From assembly GCA_934102055.1 (NCBI GenBank), contig CAKOSE010000001.1:53740-117739 (forward strand): a stretch of DNA of 64,000 bases, in the 5' to 3' direction. The notes under the pieces are model-generated. The model was not told the origin of the DNA, ran no database searches, and worked only from the letters and a program-made list of their open reading frames with translations. A program made the position numbers and the translations under genes. Shown piece after piece: positions 28,578 to 38,993 of the stretch; position 1 is the stretch's first letter; each line of letters opens with the position of its first letter. The stretch comes from an uncultured Bacilli bacterium (GTDB lineage: Bacteria > Bacillota_I > Bacilli_A > RF39 > UBA660).

Positions 28578-29136
28578 AACCTGTGTTTTGTTATTGTTAC
28601 TTTCTTTGATAATTTTGATAGTGTGTTGTTTAAATAGTTCTTTATTTAATGCTATAACAGAAACTAAGAAAATAAATAGTTTTATAGATAATGATTATAT
28701 AATTGTTGATTCTAAAAAGAAAACACAAAGAGGAGGATTTGTTGCTTTGCTTGATGTGCCTAAGATTTCTTTGAAGAAAGGCATTTATCAATTAAATGAT
28801 AAGCATAACTCGGTATCTTATGGAATTGAAATGTTAAGTGGTTCTAGTTTCCCAGATAGGGATAATAGTACTCTTATTCTTGCTTCCCATAGTGGTAATT
28901 CAAGTGTATCTTATTTTAGAAACTTAATTTATTTGGAGAAAGGGGATATTGTGTATTTGTATTATAATGGCAATAAATATATGTATGAAATAATAGGTTG
29001 TTATAAAAAAAAGAAAGATGGATATATTTTGGTGAAAGACTTTGGGAAAGGTAGATTTATGATTTTAACAACATGTAAGAATGATGAACTTGATAAACAA
29101 TTAACTTGTTATGGAAGATTAAATGGAAAAATTTAA
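28552..29136 (+). CDS. Sortase
   Basis: N-terminal TM. Catalytic His (LASHSGNS), LTTC Cys motif and a downstream Arg. 194 aa. Confidence 0.75.
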   Translation: MFMLNRINKTCVLLLLLSLIILIVCCLNSSLFNAITETKKINSFIDNDYIIVDSKKKTQRGGFVALLDVPKISLKKGIYQLNDKHNSVSYGIEMLSGSSFPDRDNSTLILASHSGNSSVSYFRNLIYLEKGDIVYLYYNGNKYMYEIIGCYKKKKDGYILVKDFGKGRFMILTTCKNDELDKQLTCYGRLNGKI

Positions 29137-29198
29137 TCAGGACAATTGTTTTTTCTCCTTATTTTGTGTATAATTATAGTGATTTAAGGAGTGATAAT

Positions 29199-29918
29199 GT
29201 GAGTGGACATTCAAAATGGTCAACAATAAAAAGGAAAAAGGGCTTAATAGATGCAGAGAGAGGAAAAATCTTTCAAAAGCTAACTAAGGAAATATATGTT
29301 GCAGCAAAAAATGGTGATCCAAATATTGAAAGTAACCCATCACTTAGGATGATAGTAGATAAAGCAAAGGCTGCTAATATGCCTAAAGATAGGATTCAAG
29401 CTGCTATTGATAAGGCTAGTAAGAGTGCTGGTGGTGAAGACTATGAATCAATTAGATATGAAGGTTATGGACCAAATGGTGTAGCAATTATGGTGGATTG
29501 TTTAACTGATAATAGAAATAGAACTGCTTCAATGGTGAGAAGTGCTTTTACTAAACGTGGAGGTAATTTGGGTACAGATGGATCGGTTAGTTATATGTTT
29601 GAAAGAAAAGGAATTATAGTCGTTCCAAATACTTATGACGAAGATTTGATAATGAATCTTGCACTTGAAAATGATGCTTTAGACTTTGTAACATCAGATG
29701 ATTCATATGAGATTTATACGACTTTTGAGGACTTTATAAAAATGAATAAAGCCTTAGAGGATGCTGGCATAGAGAGTTTAATTATGAATGAAGTTAGATA
29801 TATACCTTCTAATTATATTTCTTTGGATGAGGCTAAAACTGAAAAAATACTTTCTCTAATAGATGCACTTGAAGATATAGAAGATGTACAAGATGTATAT
29901 CATAATTTAGAAGTTTAA
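29199..29918 (+). CDS. yebC: YebC/PmpR family transcriptional regulator
   Basis: GTG start at 29199 with an AAGGAG RBS. VSGHSKWSTIKRKK signature N-terminus. Confidence 0.85.
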   Translation: MSGHSKWSTIKRKKGLIDAERGKIFQKLTKEIYVAAKNGDPNIESNPSLRMIVDKAKAANMPKDRIQAAIDKASKSAGGEDYESIRYEGYGPNGVAIMVDCLTDNRNRTASMVRSAFTKRGGNLGTDGSVSYMFERKGIIVVPNTYDEDLIMNLALENDALDFVTSDDSYEIYTTFEDFIKMNKALEDAGIESLIMNEVRYIPSNYISLDEAKTEKILSLIDALEDIEDVQDVYHNLEV

Positions 29919-29919
29919 T

Positions 29920-30609
29920 ATGCTTGAGAGATTAGAACTTTTAATAGGAAGCAAGAATATTTCTAAGCTTAAAAATAGTAATATATTAATAATAGGTCTA
30001 GGGGGAGTAGGTGGATATGTAACAGAATCTTTGATTAGATCAGGTGTAGAAAATATTACTATTGTTGATTATGATAAAATTGATATTACTAATTTGAATA
30101 GACAAATAATAGCACTTAGAGATAATATTGGAAATTATAAAGTAGATGAGTTTGAGAAAAGAATTTTATCTATTAATGAAAAAGTTAATGTAAAGAAAAT
30201 GAAATTATTTGTAGATGATGGTAATATTGAAGAAGTTTTTACTAGTGATTATGATTATGTGATAGATGCATGTGATTGGATAAAGACGAAGAAACTTATT
30301 ATTGATAAATGTCTTGAAAGAAAACTTAAATTTATTACATGTTTAGGCACAGGTAAAAGAATTAATCCATCTTTACTTACTATATGTGATATAAGAAATA
30401 CTAGTTATGATCCTATTGCTAGAATACTTAGAAAACATGTAAAAGATAATAAAATTACTAGTAAAATTATGTGTTGTTATTCAAGTGAAAAGCCTATAAA
30501 AATAGAAGGAACAACAATTGCTTCGAACAGCTTTGTTCCTTCTTCCGCAGGGCTTTTGATAGCTAGTTATGTGGTAAGAGATATATGTAATTTAAAAGAA
30601 GAAAGGTAA
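29920..30609 (+). CDS. tcdA: tRNA threonylcarbamoyladenosine dehydratase (ThiF/MoeB E1-like)
   Basis: IIGLGGVGGY Rossmann motif. Translationally coupled to yebC. Confidence 0.65.
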   Translation: MLERLELLIGSKNISKLKNSNILIIGLGGVGGYVTESLIRSGVENITIVDYDKIDITNLNRQIIALRDNIGNYKVDEFEKRILSINEKVNVKKMKLFVDDGNIEEVFTSDYDYVIDACDWIKTKKLIIDKCLERKLKFITCLGTGKRINPSLLTICDIRNTSYDPIARILRKHVKDNKITSKIMCCYSSEKPIKIEGTTIASNSFVPSSAGLLIASYVVRDICNLKEER

Positions 30610-32520
30610 TTACTTTTCTTCTTTTTCGATGTATTTATAATAGTTAGTTTCAAGAAGCATATTTGAGGCATTAACTTTGTTGAATGTTTCAGTTCTTTTT
30701 TTGTTAATATAATGGTTGGTTGTATTTTTGTCAAAATAAGTAAATTTATTAGTTTTTTCGTTATAGAAACCTTTGTTTGTTAGGAAACTTCTATCGTTAA
30801 ATATTACTGTTCCTTCACTTTCACTCATTATGTCTTTTCCTATTAATATTCTTGAATCATATTTTGCTCCGAACATATTTAGTATAGTAGGTAATATATC
30901 AATATTTGAAGCATATTTATCTATTACTGTGTGTTTTAACTCTTCATTATAAATAATTAGTCCTGATTTATATTTATCATAAGGAGTATTTATTTTAGAA
31001 ATTTCATTTAATTCTTTAGTTGAAAGTCCATATGGGTAATGATCTGGAGTTAAAACTATTACAGTATCTTTAAGTAGGTTTTCTTTTTTTAAGTTTGATA
31101 ATAAATTCTCTAAAGCTTGGTCAAGTTCGATAGTTGCACTTATATATGCTTTTGTATTTTTGCTGTAATTTAAATTTTTCACTTTTGATTGATGTTTTTT
31201 TGCCATGTCATTTGTTTTAAAATTATGAGGTAGATGGGTACTTATAGTCATATAGTAGACCATAAAATGTTTACTTTTTTTGTAGTCCATAAATGTTTTT
31301 TGAAACATTTCTTCATCACTTTGTGGCCATAAGTTACAATTAATTTTGTTTTCTAAACCATTTCCACATCCTATATAACTATCATAACCAAAGTTTGGCA
31401 TTACAACATCTCTATTATAAAAATTATATTCTCCGTTGTGATAAGAATATGTATTATAATTATTAGCTTTAAGGAAATTAGAATAAGTATATGGATATGA
31501 ATTGTTTTTTGATGCAAGAAAGCTCCAAGTTCCTTCTTTAGGGATAATTCCTGTTAAATTAGCATATTCACCATCTGAAGTTGAAGCGTAATATATAGGA
31601 GTGTAAAAATTAGTGAATTCTAGTCCTTCTTTCATCATTTTATATAAAGTAGGAGTTGTTTCTTTATTAATAGCATTGAAATATAGAGATTCTGCTGTTA
31701 TGAAAATTAAGTTTTTATCTTTAAAAATACCCGTATATTCATTTTTATTAGTAGCATTTTCGAGACTAAAATACTTATTTAATTTATTTATTTTGTTGTT
31801 TTTGGTCTTTTGGTTAAAACTTAGATTTGTTATGTTATAATTCTGTTTATCTTTTTCATTAAATACATTTTTTGCTTTGGGATTTAGTATGAGTTCTTCA
31901 TTATAATTAGAAATATATCTTTTAAGATCTATTGTCATTCCTAAAAGAAGTCCAAAATTCATATTGTTTTTTACTTCGCTATTTGTTTTATCTAAAAGAT
32001 TCTTTTTTGAATAAATGGTATTGTTGCTAAGTTGAACAAATAATCCTATCAACAATAAACTTATTAATGCAATAATTGTCATAATTAAGGGTTGCTTCTT
32101 TTCCTTTTCATTGTTTATTTTAATCATGAAAACTATTGTTATTACAAGCAAAAATAACATAAGCAATATTCCTTTTATATGTTCTAAGACTTCTTTTAAT
32201 ATTGCACTTAAGAAACCAAAAACTTGTCCTCCGTTAACTAGTGAATATGTAGAAAAGAAACAGTCATAAAAACCGTAATGAACATACTGGGCTATATATA
32301 ATATAGTTATTGCAGTTAGTAATATAATTGCGATTATTTTGTTTATTTTTTCTTTAAATGGATAAGAAATTAGATTTACAATACATGAAAATAGTGTGCT
32401 TTCTAGGAAGTAGAATATTATGTAACTAAATGTTAATGTTTTATATATCATAAGTGAGAATACTATGTTTAAGACAAATAAATATATTGTTGTTATGATT
32501 AGCTTTTTATATTTTTTCAT
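30610..32520 (-). CDS. ltaS: LTA synthase family protein (LtaS-like, sulfatase domain)
   Basis: 5 N-terminal TMs plus an extracellular sulfatase-fold domain. 636 aa. Confidence 0.7.
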   Translation of the reverse strand: MKKYKKLIITTIYLFVLNIVFSLMIYKTLTFSYIIFYFLESTLFSCIVNLISYPFKEKINKIIAIILLTAITILYIAQYVHYGFYDCFFSTYSLVNGGQVFGFLSAILKEVLEHIKGILLMLFLLVITIVFMIKINNEKEKKQPLIMTIIALISLLLIGLFVQLSNNTIYSKKNLLDKTNSEVKNNMNFGLLLGMTIDLKRYISNYNEELILNPKAKNVFNEKDKQNYNITNLSFNQKTKNNKINKLNKYFSLENATNKNEYTGIFKDKNLIFITAESLYFNAINKETTPTLYKMMKEGLEFTNFYTPIYYASTSDGEYANLTGIIPKEGTWSFLASKNNSYPYTYSNFLKANNYNTYSYHNGEYNFYNRDVVMPNFGYDSYIGCGNGLENKINCNLWPQSDEEMFQKTFMDYKKSKHFMVYYMTISTHLPHNFKTNDMAKKHQSKVKNLNYSKNTKAYISATIELDQALENLLSNLKKENLLKDTVIVLTPDHYPYGLSTKELNEISKINTPYDKYKSGLIIYNEELKHTVIDKYASNIDILPTILNMFGAKYDSRILIGKDIMSESEGTVIFNDRSFLTNKGFYNEKTNKFTYFDKNTTNHYINKKRTETFNKVNASNMLLETNYYKYIEKEEK

Positions 32521-32540
32521 TGTTACTCCTTGTTTTTATT

Positions 32541-33755
32541 TTAATATTTATATTTATCAAGTTTTTCTTTAATTTGTTTAAGAGCTGTTTCGTATTTTGA
32601 TGTTTCTTTTGGTATGTAATACTTTTCATCTTTTATCTTGTCGGGAAGATATTGTTGTTTAACGATAGATCCTTTATAGTTGTGTGGATATTTATATCCA
32701 ATGTAAGGACTTTTTAAGTGTCTTGGAATGTCTCCGATGTTTTTGGTTTCTATATCATTTATTGCTTTTGCTATGGCTAGATATGCTGTATTACTTTTTG
32801 GAGATAAGGCCATTTCTATAACTATATTTGATAAAATAATTCTAGCTTCTGGAAGTCCAACTCTTTCACTAGCAGAAATAGCACTAGCAAGTTTAGGTCC
32901 AAGACTAGGATTTGCAAGTCCTATATCTTCGTAACAAATGACAGATAGTCTTCTATAAATACTATCTAAATCTTCTGCTAAAAGAAGTCTTGCTAAATAA
33001 TGCAGGGAGGCATCTACATCTGATCCTCTTATTGATTTTTGAAGACCACTTAACACGTCGTAATGACCATCTTCATTTTTGTCATGATAAAAGTTTGGTT
33101 TATTACATATGTTTTTTATTGTTTCTATATTTATTTTATGTTTATCATCAAAATAATACGCAACTTCTAAAAGATTAAGTGCAAATCTTAAATCACCACC
33201 TGATATAGTCGAAATATAATTTAATGCTTCTTCAGTAATATCAATATTTTTAAGTTCATTACATTGAATAGCTTTCTTAAGACCATTTAAAATATCATTG
33301 TTTGTTAAAGGTTCTAGTTTAAATATTTGACATCTACTTCTTATGGCAGGATTTATTTTATGATATGGATTGGATGTAGTCATTCCAATAAGCGTAATTA
33401 GACCACTTTCTAAACAGGGAAGTAAAATATCTTGTTTGTCTTTATTCATACGATGTATTTCATCCATTACTAGAACCATTCCGTCTAACATTTTAGCCTC
33501 TTCAATTACTCCTGATAAATCTTGCTTATTATTTAAGGTTGCATTTAAAAATCTGTGATGACATCCTAAATCATTAACTATTGCATTCGCAAGTGAAGTT
33601 TTTCCTGTACCGGGGTTTCCATATAAAATCATTGAAAATATCTTTTTGTTTTTGATCATGTTAGTAATTATTTTATTATCTCCGATTAAATGAGTTTGAC
33701 CAACTATATCATTTAATGTTTTAGGTTTTAATATAAGTGCAAGTGGTTTTTCCAT
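32541..33755 (-). CDS. rarA: Replication-associated recombination protein A (AAA+ ATPase)
   Basis: GNPGTGKTS Walker A, DEIHR, MgsA C-terminal domain. The start at 33755 has a GGAGA RBS. Confidence 0.85.
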   Translation of the reverse strand: MEKPLALILKPKTLNDIVGQTHLIGDNKIITNMIKNKKIFSMILYGNPGTGKTSLANAIVNDLGCHHRFLNATLNNKQDLSGVIEEAKMLDGMVLVMDEIHRMNKDKQDILLPCLESGLITLIGMTTSNPYHKINPAIRSRCQIFKLEPLTNNDILNGLKKAIQCNELKNIDITEEALNYISTISGGDLRFALNLLEVAYYFDDKHKINIETIKNICNKPNFYHDKNEDGHYDVLSGLQKSIRGSDVDASLHYLARLLLAEDLDSIYRRLSVICYEDIGLANPSLGPKLASAISASERVGLPEARIILSNIVIEMALSPKSNTAYLAIAKAINDIETKNIGDIPRHLKSPYIGYKYPHNYKGSIVKQQYLPDKIKDEKYYIPKETSKYETALKQIKEKLDKYKY

Positions 33756-33934
33756 ATACATCTCTCCTAGAAAATATTTTATCAAAAAATGAAGAAAAAT
33801 AAAAGCATGGTTTAACTTATTTAATATATAATACTAAAATCAGTAATTATTCAGACTTATAAAATTAAAATATTTTATATGCAAACTATTTATATTTATT
33901 TATATTTTTGATATAATTATTGTGAGGTAGAATT

Positions 33935-34816
33935 ATGGAAATAACTGATTATTTAGATTATATTAAATATGAAAGAAAACTATCATCTGAAACTGTTAAA
34001 AATTATAAATATGATTTACTTAAGTTTTCTAATTTTTTAAAAGAAAAAAATATTGATAGTTTTGTAAATGTTTCGCAAAAAGATATTGAGGAATATTTAA
34101 TATTTTTAAATAAGATGAATCCTAAGTCTATTTCTAGGAATATAACTTCTATTAATAATTTATTTATTTTTCTCTTAAGAGAAGGTAAAATAAATAAGAA
34201 TCCATGTGAATTTATAGATAGACCTAAAATTATGAAGAGATTACCGAGTACTTTAAGTGTAAATGAGGTTTCTGCTCTTTTAGATATTCCATTAAATAAC
34301 AAATATGATTATAGAAACAAGGCTATGCTTGAATTAATGTATGGATGTGGTCTTAGAGTTTCAGAACTTGTATCGCTTACTACAAGAGATATAGATATGG
34401 AAAATGATATTATTAGGTGCATTGGAAAAGGTTCAAAAGAGAGAATTATTCCGATAAATGATTATGCTAAGCATTATTTAAAATTGTATTTAGATAAGCG
34501 AGAACTGTTTTTAATAAAAGGAATAAATAACTATTTGTTTTTAAATAATCATGGTGAGCAGATGACAAGACAAGGTTTTTTTAAAAATTTGAAAAAGGTT
34601 TTGTTTAAAAAGGGGATAGATAAAAATGTTACTCCTCATACTTTGAGGCATTCTTTTGCAACGCATATGTTAAGTGGAGGAGCGGATCTAAGAAGTATAC
34701 AAATGCTTTTAGGCCATAGTGATATTAGTACTACTAAAATATATACACACATTAGTAGAGAAAAAATAAGAAAAGATTATATGGATTATCATCCACATAG
34801 TAAAAAGGAGAAATGA
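33935..34816 (+). CDS. xerD: Tyrosine recombinase XerD
   Basis: R..HxxR...Y catalytic residues (RHSFATHML, LGHSDISTTKIYTH). xerD-deoB synteny as in Bacillus. Confidence 0.85.
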   Translation: MEITDYLDYIKYERKLSSETVKNYKYDLLKFSNFLKEKNIDSFVNVSQKDIEEYLIFLNKMNPKSISRNITSINNLFIFLLREGKINKNPCEFIDRPKIMKRLPSTLSVNEVSALLDIPLNNKYDYRNKAMLELMYGCGLRVSELVSLTTRDIDMENDIIRCIGKGSKERIIPINDYAKHYLKLYLDKRELFLIKGINNYLFLNNHGEQMTRQGFFKNLKKVLFKKGIDKNVTPHTLRHSFATHMLSGGADLRSIQMLLGHSDISTTKIYTHISREKIRKDYMDYHPHSKKEK

Positions 34817-34820
34817 TAAA

Positions 34821-35990
34821 ATGAAATTTAAAAGAGTATTTTTAATAGTTCTTGATTCACTTGGAGTAGGGGAAGCTCTTGATGCTTCTAATTATAATGA
34901 TGAAGGAGCATGCACTCTTGGACATATTAACCAAGTAAATGAGCTTTTTATTCCTAATTTGAAAAAACTTGGTTTTTTAAATACAATAGATATGAGTGCG
35001 AATGATGAAACTGAAGGATATTATACTATAGCTAGGCCTACAAATAAAGGGAAGGACACGTTATGTGGACACTATGAAATTATGGGTGTACGTTGTAACT
35101 ATGCTTTTCCTACTTTTCCTAATGGTTTCCCTTCACAATTAATTGACGAAATAGAAAGATTAACTGGAAGAAAAGTAATTGGAAATGTTAGTGCAAGTGG
35201 TACAGAAATTATAAAAGAATTAGGTGAAAGACAACTACAAACAGGAGAACTTATTATCTACACTTCTGGAGATTCCGTTTTACAGGTTGCAGCCCATGAA
35301 AGTGTTATTTCTCTTGAAGAATTATATAAAATATGTGAAATTATAAGAAAAATCACTAGCATGAAGGATGAATGGAGAGTAGGGAGAGTGATTGCTAGAC
35401 CATTTAAAGGAAAAGCAAAAGATGATTTTATAAGGACAAGCAATCGTAAAGATTTTTCGATGGATCCACCTTCAAAATCTGTGTTAGAAAAATTAGAAGA
35501 AAGAAAACTCAGTGTTATTGGTATAGGGAAGATATATGATATCTTTAATGGAAAAGGAATTACAAAAAAGGTGAGAACTGCTAATAATAAAGATGGTGTT
35601 GATAAATTACTTGATATTATGGATAAAAAATTTACTGGAATATGTTTTGCTAATTTAAATGATTTTGATACATTGTACGGACATAGAAGAGATGTTGAGG
35701 GTTATGCTAGGGCAATTGAAGAACTTGATGTTGAAATACCGATGATATTAAATAAATTGAATAATGATGATTTATTGATTATTACTGCGGATCATGGAAA
35801 TGATCCTACATTTAGGGGAACAGATCATACTAGAGAAAATACTCCGGTGCTAATTTATAGTAGAGTATTTAAGGAACCAAAAATGCTTCCAATTATGAAT
35901 ACTTTTGCAGATATAGGAGCAACAATTGCAGATAACTTTGAAGTTGATATGCCTATGATTGGAACTAGTTATTTGAAAAAATTAAAATGA
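34821..35990 (+). CDS. deoB: Phosphopentomutase
   Basis: VFLIVLDSLGVGE metal-binding N-terminus. 389 aa. Confidence 0.9.
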   Translation: MKFKRVFLIVLDSLGVGEALDASNYNDEGACTLGHINQVNELFIPNLKKLGFLNTIDMSANDETEGYYTIARPTNKGKDTLCGHYEIMGVRCNYAFPTFPNGFPSQLIDEIERLTGRKVIGNVSASGTEIIKELGERQLQTGELIIYTSGDSVLQVAAHESVISLEELYKICEIIRKITSMKDEWRVGRVIARPFKGKAKDDFIRTSNRKDFSMDPPSKSVLEKLEERKLSVIGIGKIYDIFNGKGITKKVRTANNKDGVDKLLDIMDKKFTGICFANLNDFDTLYGHRRDVEGYARAIEELDVEIPMILNKLNNDDLLIITADHGNDPTFRGTDHTRENTPVLIYSRVFKEPKMLPIMNTFADIGATIADNFEVDMPMIGTSYLKKLK

Positions 35991-36009
35991 TAAAGAAAGA
36001 AGGTGTTAT

Positions 36010-36531
36010 ATGAAAAAAGATAATAGTAAAAAAGTAAAACTAATTGTAATAATAGGAATAATACTAATTGCAACAGCTATATTTTCTTTCATGGTAAAAA
36101 GTGACAATACTTATGTACTAAAAAGTGAATACAATATGGGGGAAATGGGTTACCTTGATGATATAGAGGTTACTCTAAAAGATGCGACTTATATAAATAA
36201 AGGAACTGGTATAGAAGTAACATTTAGAATAACTAATAAAAGGGATAATACCATTACTATAACACCAGATGATTATTTTGTTTTTTACGATATAAATAAA
36301 GTTCAAATTCCAAATAAATATTCAAATGATAAAAATATCATAAAAAAAGATGAAACTATAGATTATAAATTGCAATATGATGTAACTAAAAAAGAACTGT
36401 ATGAAATTTATTTTTATTCTCAAGTTGTGGAAAATAATATTAAATTCAGTTTTAAATCAAGCAATATAAACAATAATGAATTATCAAATGAAACGATTAA
36501 TAAAGAAGAAAAAACTATGAATCAAGAGTAA
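36010..36531 (+). CDS. Hypothetical membrane-anchored protein
   Basis: N-terminal TM followed by an extracytoplasmic domain. Confidence 0.4.
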   Translation: MKKDNSKKVKLIVIIGIILIATAIFSFMVKSDNTYVLKSEYNMGEMGYLDDIEVTLKDATYINKGTGIEVTFRITNKRDNTITITPDDYFVFYDINKVQIPNKYSNDKNIIKKDETIDYKLQYDVTKKELYEIYFYSQVVENNIKFSFKSSNINNNELSNETINKEEKTMNQE

Positions 36532-37011
36532 ACGAGATAATGTTTGCTTTTGATTTTTTTTTATGTATTTTTTAAATGGAAATTATACAAGTTAACATAA
36601 TATCAATTATAGGAAGTAAAGTGTAGTAAGAAATATTTTGAAATTTTTTGTGTAATTGTTTGAATATTGTTCTGTGGTTATATTATTTTTATTATTTTAT
36701 TAATTAATGGATTTATATTTAAGAATGTTGATTTAAATTTAAAATTATCCTTATTCTCTTTTAAGAAGGATTCATATTTTAATAATGATTTTGGTATTAA
36801 TTAATGAGCTTAACAAGCTTGTTTTTTGGGTTTGTTTGGTCCTTGTGAATTAACTCGAATTAATTTGAGACATATAATTATATTATTTTTACTGTCTCGA
36901 TTTAAATTATGAGCCTAATTCTTTTTTAGTTAGTGCTCCCCTTTTTGTGTAATTGAATAAAATAGGGGGCTTGAATGAAAAAAAATCTTATAGATGATAT
37001 AGTCTATAAGA

Positions 37012-37779
37012 TTACATTTTACGAGACATGATTTCTGCTATTTTTTCGAATACTTCTTTAGCATTATTTTCACTGACACAACTGTATCCTAATTCTTTTA
37101 AAGCTTGTTGTTTAAAATGAGTTAGTTCTTGTGTTCTGCTTAATTTATCTTCTTTTTTTTGTTCTATACGTTTTTCCCATTTTTTGTGAGATTCTGAAAC
37201 TTTTGAACGTGATGCATTTCCGGTTGTAAATAGGGTTTCCGCAGAATAGTAAATTCCTTCATAGATATATTGTTTATCTTCATCATATATGTATTCGGAA
37301 ACTGGGATTTGTGTGGTTGATTTAGCCATATATGCTAAGAAGTATTTAAGTTCTTCGATTTGTTCCATATTTTGTAAAAACATAAGTAAATATCTTAAAG
37401 TATGATATGATATTTCATCTTCATCATTTAACAATTTATCTTTTAATAAGGTTATAATATCTGCTAAAACAGTTTGTTCTTTTTTATTTAATCCTCTTAA
37501 ATCTGATATAGATTCCCTATTGGTTGAATCTATTATTCCATCGTTTATGCGTGATTCTAATAATTCTATATATGTATCGTTTACTTTTATATTTTTTAAA
37601 TCCCCTTCTCTATCCACTCCAAAAAGCATTAGTAGTTTATTTTGTTTGTCTTTTGGTAAGTCTTCGATTTTTTCTAGTGCTAAATAATTATATAACATTT
37701 GTCTAGAAACTCCTAAAAATTTTGCTATACTTACTTTTGATATATTAGCTTCATTTATAATTCTACTAGCTTCTTTCAT
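37012..37779 (-). CDS. HTH (XRE-like) domain protein
   Basis: ATG at 37779 with an AGGAGA RBS. N-terminal HTH ISKVSIAKFLGVSRQMLYNYL. The annotated longer start would overlap mnmA. Confidence 0.45.
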   Translation of the reverse strand: MKEASRIINEANISKVSIAKFLGVSRQMLYNYLALEKIEDLPKDKQNKLLMLFGVDREGDLKNIKVNDTYIELLESRINDGIIDSTNRESISDLRGLNKKEQTVLADIITLLKDKLLNDEDEISYHTLRYLLMFLQNMEQIEELKYFLAYMAKSTTQIPVSEYIYDEDKQYIYEGIYYSAETLFTTGNASRSKVSESHKKWEKRIEQKKEDKLSRTQELTHFKQQALKELGYSCVSENNAKEVFEKIAEIMSRKM

Positions 37780-37850
37780 GTTATAACCATCTCCTACTAT
37801 AATTGTATCATAAGTGTCAAGAATGTCAAGTGTAAACCATGTAAAGTTAT

Positions 37851-38957
37851 TTAAAGTAAATACCAAAGTTTTTTATTATCTTTTCTTACTTCTTTAATTA
37901 TCCCGCTTCCTATACATCTGTCTTCTAAATATAGAGCACATACTTGTCCTGGTGTGACGCTTTTTACTTCATTATATTTAACAAGAATTTCATCATTATT
38001 TAAATACTCTAAGCTAACAGAAATATCTTTGCTACGGTATCTAAATTTAGCATTACAATTTTTAATTTTTTCTTTTGTATTGAGAACTAAATTGTCTATT
38101 ATACAACTGTCAGAATATAAATATTTATTATTTTCTCCTTCACAAACATACAATATGTTTTTATTTAGATTTTTTCCTACAACAAATAATTTATCTTTTG
38201 TACCACCGATATTTAGTCCTTTTCTTTGACCAATTGTATAATGCATTAAACCAATATGATTTCCTATTTCTTTATTAGTTTCAATATTTATTATTTTTCC
38301 TTCTTTATTAGGTAAATAGTTTGATAAGAATTTTTTAAAGTTTCTTTCTCCAATGAAACATATACCTGTGGAATCTTTTTTGTCTTTTGTTATTAAATCA
38401 TATTTTTTAGCAATTTCTCTTACTTCGGTTTTTTTTAAATTTCCAATAGGAAATAAGACATTTTCTAATTGTTTATTAGTAAGTTGTGCTAAGAAATAAG
38501 TTTGATCTTTATTGTCGTCTGTAGCTTTATATAGATTTCCATTTTTCATTTTTGCATAATGTCCAGTTGCAATATAATCTGCACCATATTTTTTGGCTTC
38601 TTTTATGAATAAATCAAATTTTATATATTTATTGCACATGACGTCAGGATTTGGAGTTCTTCCCTTTTTTAGTTCCTCTAAAAAGTATGTAAAAACATAA
38701 TCCCAGTACTCTTTTACAAAATCAACTCTATGTAATTTAACTCCTAGCTTATCACAAACCTTTTTAGCATCATTGTAATCTTGTTCTTGCGTACAAATAT
38801 CGTTTTCTAATGTGGGATTACCTTTAATATCATTATTTACTAAGCTATCCCAGTTTCTCATAAATAATCCTTCGACTTCATATCCTTGATTTTTCAAAAG
38901 CACGAGTGCTACAGATGAGTCAACTCCTCCAGAAACTCCGACTATTACTTTTTTCAT
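37851..38957 (-). CDS. mnmA: tRNA-specific 2-thiouridylase
   Basis: VGVSGGVDSSV PP-loop. Catalytic Cys motifs. 368 aa. Confidence 0.9.
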   Translation of the reverse strand: MKKVIVGVSGGVDSSVALVLLKNQGYEVEGLFMRNWDSLVNNDIKGNPTLENDICTQEQDYNDAKKVCDKLGVKLHRVDFVKEYWDYVFTYFLEELKKGRTPNPDVMCNKYIKFDLFIKEAKKYGADYIATGHYAKMKNGNLYKATDDNKDQTYFLAQLTNKQLENVLFPIGNLKKTEVREIAKKYDLITKDKKDSTGICFIGERNFKKFLSNYLPNKEGKIINIETNKEIGNHIGLMHYTIGQRKGLNIGGTKDKLFVVGKNLNKNILYVCEGENNKYLYSDSCIIDNLVLNTKEKIKNCNAKFRYRSKDISVSLEYLNNDEILVKYNEVKSVTPGQVCALYLEDRCIGSGIIKEVRKDNKKLWYLL

Positions 38958-38993
38958 ATTACCACCAACTTCGGTTTATATTATATCATAAAG

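Noticed and set aside
33935-34816. Tyrosine recombinase as a possible integrase of a mobile element
   Set aside because: The xerD-deoB context, followed by mnmA and spoIIM nearby, matches the chromosomal housekeeping XerD neighbourhood of Bacillus/Clostridium. There are no flanking repeats or phage genes.
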